From Vairimorpha necatrix (Eukaryota), in contig CP142736.1 in assembly GCA_036630325.1 (NCBI GenBank), forward strand, positions 744,001 through 808,000: DNA of 64,000 nucleotides, in the 5' to 3' direction. The translations under genes were made by a program, and so were the position numbers. Below are positions 58,127 to 64,000 of this stretch, one piece after another. Position 1 is the first letter of the stretch, and each line of letters starts with the position of its first letter. The notes under the pieces were generated by a model, which saw only the letters and a list, made by a program, of their open reading frames with translations, made no database searches and was not told where the DNA came from.

Positions 58127-58348
58127 TCATTTGATAGAATAAATCATAAAAATAATAACAAACACTAAGAAGGCATACGTCCCTCCTAATATTCCTATGA
58201 GCCCCGTGGCTGATAATAATGTTAATTTTAAGAAGTTAAACATGTCTTCTTCCCTTTCCTCTTCTTGTTCTTCGTGTTTATTGGTGATTTCTCTTCTTTC
58301 AATAGACATTAAAATTCTATACAAAATACAAAAGATGATTATTTTCAT
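58127..58348 (-). CDS. Small hypothetical membrane protein (signal-like N-terminus, acidic linker, C-terminal TM)
   Basis: CCCAT-ATG context and hydrophobicity pattern. Confidence 0.65.
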   Translation of the reverse strand: MKIIIFCILYRILMSIERREITNKHEEQEEEREEDMFNFLKLTLLSATGLIGILGGTYAFLVFVIIFMIYSIK

Positions 58349-58861
58349 ATGGGCGAAATAAAATTGTTGTCTTAAACAAATATCAATATCAGTAAAATTA
58401 AAAACGGTAAATTAAATAAAAAACGTATTTTTTAATAATTCTTTGTTTTGTTTATTTTCACGTCTTTGTTGTGTGATGTGACACAATGAGATATCGAGTT
58501 AAATTAGTTTTTCAGTGCATTAAAATATGACTTTATTTTAATTTATGGGGTTTAATGATATTGAAAACAATATAATATGTAGCCATAATATCATAAACGC
58601 AAGTATTTAATAGAAAAAATGTTTGGAATAAAACTACATGATTCAATTAAAACTGATTTAAGATGTAAAGGAACCAAGTATTTTTTTTGTTTTAATCGGA
58701 ACTCCTAATAAGAAAAGCTAGACCATCAAAAAAATAGTTTGAATTTTAAAATAACAACTTGGATGCAAAGTGAGATTTAAATATGAATGATATAGTTTAT
58801 ACAAGTCATACTGCTTTCAACAAGTAATTATAAGAAAAATGGTTAAAAAAAGATTTTTTAT

Positions 58862-59116
58862 TTAAGAGATAAAAAATTTGATAAAATATATTGTAAGGAA
58901 TATAAAACTTGACACAAGTGTGAAAACTATGCCAAGTGACGCAGTTTTATAGATTTCATCTGATAATTCTTTACTGTTCTTAAATTTTTTATATTTATTA
59001 TATGCTCTAATTCCCAAAGCACTCATAAGCGAGAAGTAAATACATACACAAATAATGTATATATAATTAATAATATTACTAAAGAAGAAATTATCTACTT
59101 CTTGTACATCTTTCAT
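58862..59116 (-). CDS. Small hypothetical two-TM protein
   Basis: CCCC about 9 nt before the ATG; two hydrophobic helices separated by a basic loop. Confidence 0.65.
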   Translation of the reverse strand: MKDVQEVDNFFFSNIINYIYIICVCIYFSLMSALGIRAYNKYKKFKNSKELSDEIYKTASLGIVFTLVSSFIFLTIYFIKFFIS

Positions 59117-62100
59117 TTCTAAATTGGGGCTAAAATATTTAATTAATAACTGTATAAACCGATTTAGTATTACAAATGTAATGTATTATGATGAGAATTA
59201 TGTATATTTTAAATGTTACATATTAGTCATTTAAAATAACAGGTGTTATATATAAAATTAATTTATGTTTTACATCTAATAAATTAATTTATTTAGAGAA
59301 TATTCTCAAAGTAATAATCAGGAAAATATAAACCTGATGAATTCGATTGTAATTTAAGTCTTAGTTAATTTTTATATTTACTATGTCAGAAAGAAATTTA
59401 TAAGATGCACTTTCAATTTATCCTTGGTTTGAAGACCAATTAATACATTTGGGTTTAAAATAAATTCCTAAAATTTGATTAAAAATATGAATAGATCATA
59501 AAAGATGTGTTAAATACAAAATGAGATGTTTGAAGCTTAAAAATGTCAGAATATAGATGTTTATTAAAGTCCTCATTATAATAGCTAAGAAAATTACGTC
59601 TAATGCAAGTAATATTTAATGTTGTAAGATATTTAGACTGGAAACTCGGATCGGTTTTATCCGAGATTATCTAATCATATGTAAAAATGATTTTATTCCC
59701 GTCTTATAACCTATTTTTAAGAATCATACTTTATTGATTACTATATACTGTTATATTTTTTGCCGAAAACTTTTATACATAATTTTACACATATAAAATA
59801 ACGACAAACTCATTTTATAATATCAGTTGCAAAAATTGTAAAGATATTTATAATCACTTAAACGTTGTAATTAAAATCAAGTTATTGAATATATATATTA
59901 CGGCGAGACTAAAGTTCACAACATATAAAATTAATGTCATACATTTAAAGACGTGTTTTTTCAGAAAAGATGTTAGCCATCGTTGTAACTTTCAATAAAA
60001 AAATAATATTTTTTAGATTGATATTGCAAAAAAATATTTATAATAACTAAGAAAATATTTATATAACGTCTGAACATTCTCAGTAATTAACTTGATACAT
60101 TACTTACATTGATGTTGTTATTTGACATAAATAAAAATTTAGACGTTAATAAAGCACAATACCTGTTTACAAGCGAAAATTTCAATGGTATCTTATATTT
60201 TTGAAACGATCTTATTAATAGTATGTATTGAAATCAAGCTTCATATTATATAGAAAAAACATTTAAAAATTATTCGTACGAAAAAAAAAATTTAAGGCAA
60301 CATAAAAGATTAAAAATCCTTTTCAAAGCCTAGACCAGGCAAAAGAGACATCTTTTAAACTATTCTCTGTAATGTCTTAAATTAATTTAATATTTCTATG
60401 AGTATGACTACATAAAAAATATATAGCAAAAAAGAAATGCCTAAAAACGATATTTTGTTTTGATTCGTTTTTGTATAAGATTTTATAATATCAAAAAAGC
60501 CACACCGGTTGCATAAAGTTTGTTACAAGTAATTTTTATTTTTTATATCAAATCTACTACACGCCTATAATGCACCACAATACGTATGACAGCTTATTTA
60601 AATAATATTTAAACCATTTAGACCTCTATTTGATCAGATACTTAGCACCTATCGTTGTTTTTGTGATAAAAGGCAAAATATCATCTAGCGTAGATATTAT
60701 GACAAATTATTAATCTCGCAGTTATAGATTAAACATAAAACAAATTTCTTACATAATATATAATATTTTTTTTACATTCTGTAAGTTTATCGATCAATAT
60801 GATTGCCATTTTAACAAACGTAATTCATATCTTAAACAACGCTATCTTATATTATATTTTATTGCTTCAGTCGTAATTCTGCTGTCATAACTTTCCACTT
60901 CGTATTTTTTGCAAATACTAAGGATTGAATAGTCCTCTTGTAACCTACATTTTTCTTGATGATATTTCAACAACAACATAAATGCTTTTTCTTATCTCGT
61001 TAAACTCATATATAATTATGCAATCATTCTATCGTACTTTGTTCACATATGGTAAACTGCTTTCTTATAGTTGATAAAACAAACACGATGAGATTTATTT
61101 AGATATGGTTTTTTTTGTAGTGAACAGTGCGTTACCTCGTTTTTTCATAGACAGAAAAAGGCAATATTTAAGCTATTAAATGCTTACTAAATAAGAAAAT
61201 TTTAGGCATAAAAAGCAATATAAATAATACGAAACAATTAGTTCAAAATTTACTTTTTTTTAATGTATGATTATTGTCGTGTAATACAAAAAAAAAATTA
61301 ATAACTAAAATAGATTCATACAAAAATAAATTTATACGGAATTTTCAAAACAAAAATCCGCTAAGGTCGTTTCAGAAAACAACTTGTATGAATAGAGATT
61401 ATGTCAATGGCTGAAAAAGTGTAATAAAACATAAGGGCTTGTGTTCGCACGAATAGTATTATAGATGCGCAAATGTTGCAGTATTACCTTATACCATTAG
61501 CATAGAAACAATATGAAAGTACTTGAGAATAAATGGTTGAGTTTGAAAGTCACAAATTGGCAATCCGACAACTTGTTTCCCGTATAAACATTATCTGATG
61601 CCTTTTACAGTTATATCTTACGAAATAATCTCCCTATAGACAAAAATTCTTTTTTACGGTGATGTTGTATTACGTATATTTTTCATAATAAATGTTTAGA
61701 CGTTCTGTATAAGGTAATACTGAATAAACATAGATTAGATCAACGGCTTATTTAAAATATACTTATTGATGTATATGCAATACTATAAAAGAATATATTT
61801 GAAGTTATGTCACAATTTTTGCTAGTAAGTATAGGGTTAACAATATTAATTAAAACCAAATTTTTTAAATAGCGGATAGAAGAAGTCAAAATTGTAAAAA
61901 CAAATTTAAAGTCAAGTTAATTACAATAAGTCGGTTTATTTGCTATATTCCTGTTCCCAATGATTTTTTCCCATATATATAAGTAATGCATATAAATATT
62001 AAAATTAAGCAAACAAAGACATAAAGTACAATAGCAAATATATTTTGTGGTGAAAAGACGATTTTGGTTAATTCCTTTTGACATGCAACTATCGCGAGCG

Positions 62101-64000
62101 TAATTAGAAATGTAAGATTCATATGGGTAAAATGTTGAAATTTATATACCCAGTTATTAATTAGCCATTTTAATTTATCTACTAGTAATGTAGAAATAAT
62201 AGCAAGATGGCCAATATTTGTTCAGAATTTTTCCTTTAAAAAAGAACTTGTTCTGATTCCGATAAATAATTAAGATAAAATTAATTTATCATTAAAATGG
62301 AGAATCTTATGCCGCTCACAATTGTAAAACATATAATAAAGATTTTATAACAATGATAAGAACGTATGTGAAAAAATGAATTGAGCTGCCGATCACAAGC
62401 AGTAAATTTGCATATAGATATATATATATAGCAAAAGTTTCGATTTGTGAGCGGACAAAAAAAAACAAGTGCTAAAAGTCTATCATTATATGTAGTAAAA
62501 AAAGCTAGAATTAAACAATTAAAGAAATAAATATTTTTAAAAATATATTGACGACGATTAATTAAAATCCCTGATAAAATTTAATAATACACCGAAAAAA
62601 TTCATATAAATCAACCATAATAACATCTAACGAAAACAATTAAGAGGAAACATTAAGAAATGTAGAAGAAATTTACTAAATATGAATATATGTATAATTT
62701 ATTAGAATATAAAAACAACATTGATATTATCTTTTTTTATGCTCAAATTTTAAAAAAGAAAATCAATTGTAAGATATTAAATATTTAAAGTTCATAAAAA
62801 TAGGACATTTTCATTTATCTAAATCAAGAAAAATCATCATAAGACAATCCAATCAATACCGTTACCTAAAATCATCAATCTCTCAGGTAGAGTAAATATT
62901 GTAGAGTATTCCGCCTTTTGTCGAAATTTCACAAATGGCAGATTGTAACTTGCACTCTAGTTTGTTCATTTTTTCAATTAAATGAATGGTTTATATAGAA
63001 ATAAAATTTTTATTTTTGAAAATTGTAATAAACAAATGATGTTTCTTTATTTCTCCATTAGCGATCTTAAGTTTTTATAAGAATATTAGAAATTTATTTT
63101 GTTTTTATCTTTTTATATGTTTCGTAACACATAAAACGGCCGTGTAAGGAAGGCATATAAACGAGATTTAATAGCTTTTTCTTCTATATATGCCTCATTT
63201 TAGCAGTTGCATTCACAGCCAACGCACTTACGGCTCTAGTCATTTCCCATTCGACATTTTTCATTTTGTTCTCTGGGACGTATTCTCCTCTTCGGTCTAA
63301 AGTGACATAATTTTAAGTTTTCTCAGAACAATGACTGGTTTTATATTTCATACAAGAGTCGTATTTCCAAATTCTCGACTTATTTTATGTGATATTTAGT
63401 AACTTTATATCATATATTGATACTTCAACTTTCCAGAATCTATGATAACAACTCAGTAATTTCTAGAAAGATACATGTCTTAAACTTTAACCGCCCAAAA
63501 AGTCGTCCTGGACATTTTAAAAACCTTTTATATATATATTTATACTTTCTTTTTAAATAAAAAAATATCGGTCAAATTATGGTCAGTTTTTATATTGATA
63601 TTTATATTCGTCTCTAATATTGTTCTGCTTATTAGTTTACTAGGATTTGGGTATTAATTACATACGTATCTTTTTTTGACTATCAGAAATATATTATAAT
63701 AATGTTAGAAGAGAAATATCTAACTATCTTGTTTCATTCATTCACAAGATCGACTCTAAACATTTTATCACACGTGGTAGCTAAAAAATTATCAGGCTTT
63801 TAATAGTTCAGCAATAAATACATTGTACCTCTTAAGTACGAAACTTTTTTTTATCCTGAACAAATCCATATAAAAAGTATGATTTTTAATATACTAGCAT
63901 CATTTTCGATTTTTCAAATCATATAAAGAAGAGACAATAGAAGATAAAGTCCTGCACCTATAAGTCATTGTGTCCAAAAGCACACTAATTTTATTCAATC

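Noticed and set aside
61300-62350. Possible gypsy integrase tail (FKKELVLI...LKW)
   Set aside because: Only one weak motif, with no ordered supporting domains recognised.

Overview
Very AT-rich eukaryotic DNA that reads as a microsporidian chromosome segment, probably Nosema/Vairimorpha-like. This is inferred from the intronless, shortened fungal-type housekeeping genes, a CCC motif just before most start codons, and Merlin transposons. Two compact core blocks carry CDC20, RPF2, an RRM protein, an acyltransferase, uL13 and SAC3 (about 6-16 kb), and tRNA-Val, Trm82-like, GGT, eS10, eL32, an eIF2-alpha-type kinase, E(z), EED, Ies6-like and RPA1 (about 42.5-59 kb). They alternate with gene-poor blocks holding four Merlin/IS1016-type elements, IS630/Tc1, Ty3/gypsy and Helitron-like relics, two families of secreted paralogs (one with an unannotated pseudogene), and three decayed copies of an unidentified protein family. 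The most striking observation is a head-to-head pair encoding the two catalytic-core PRC2 subunits, E(z)/EZH and EED/ESC, followed directly by a YL1-C (Ies6-like) remodeller subunit. The second is a pair of distant secreted paralogs that lack the CCC motif and share an identical 14-bp upstream element. All homology calls are by eye from remembered motifs; no searches were run.
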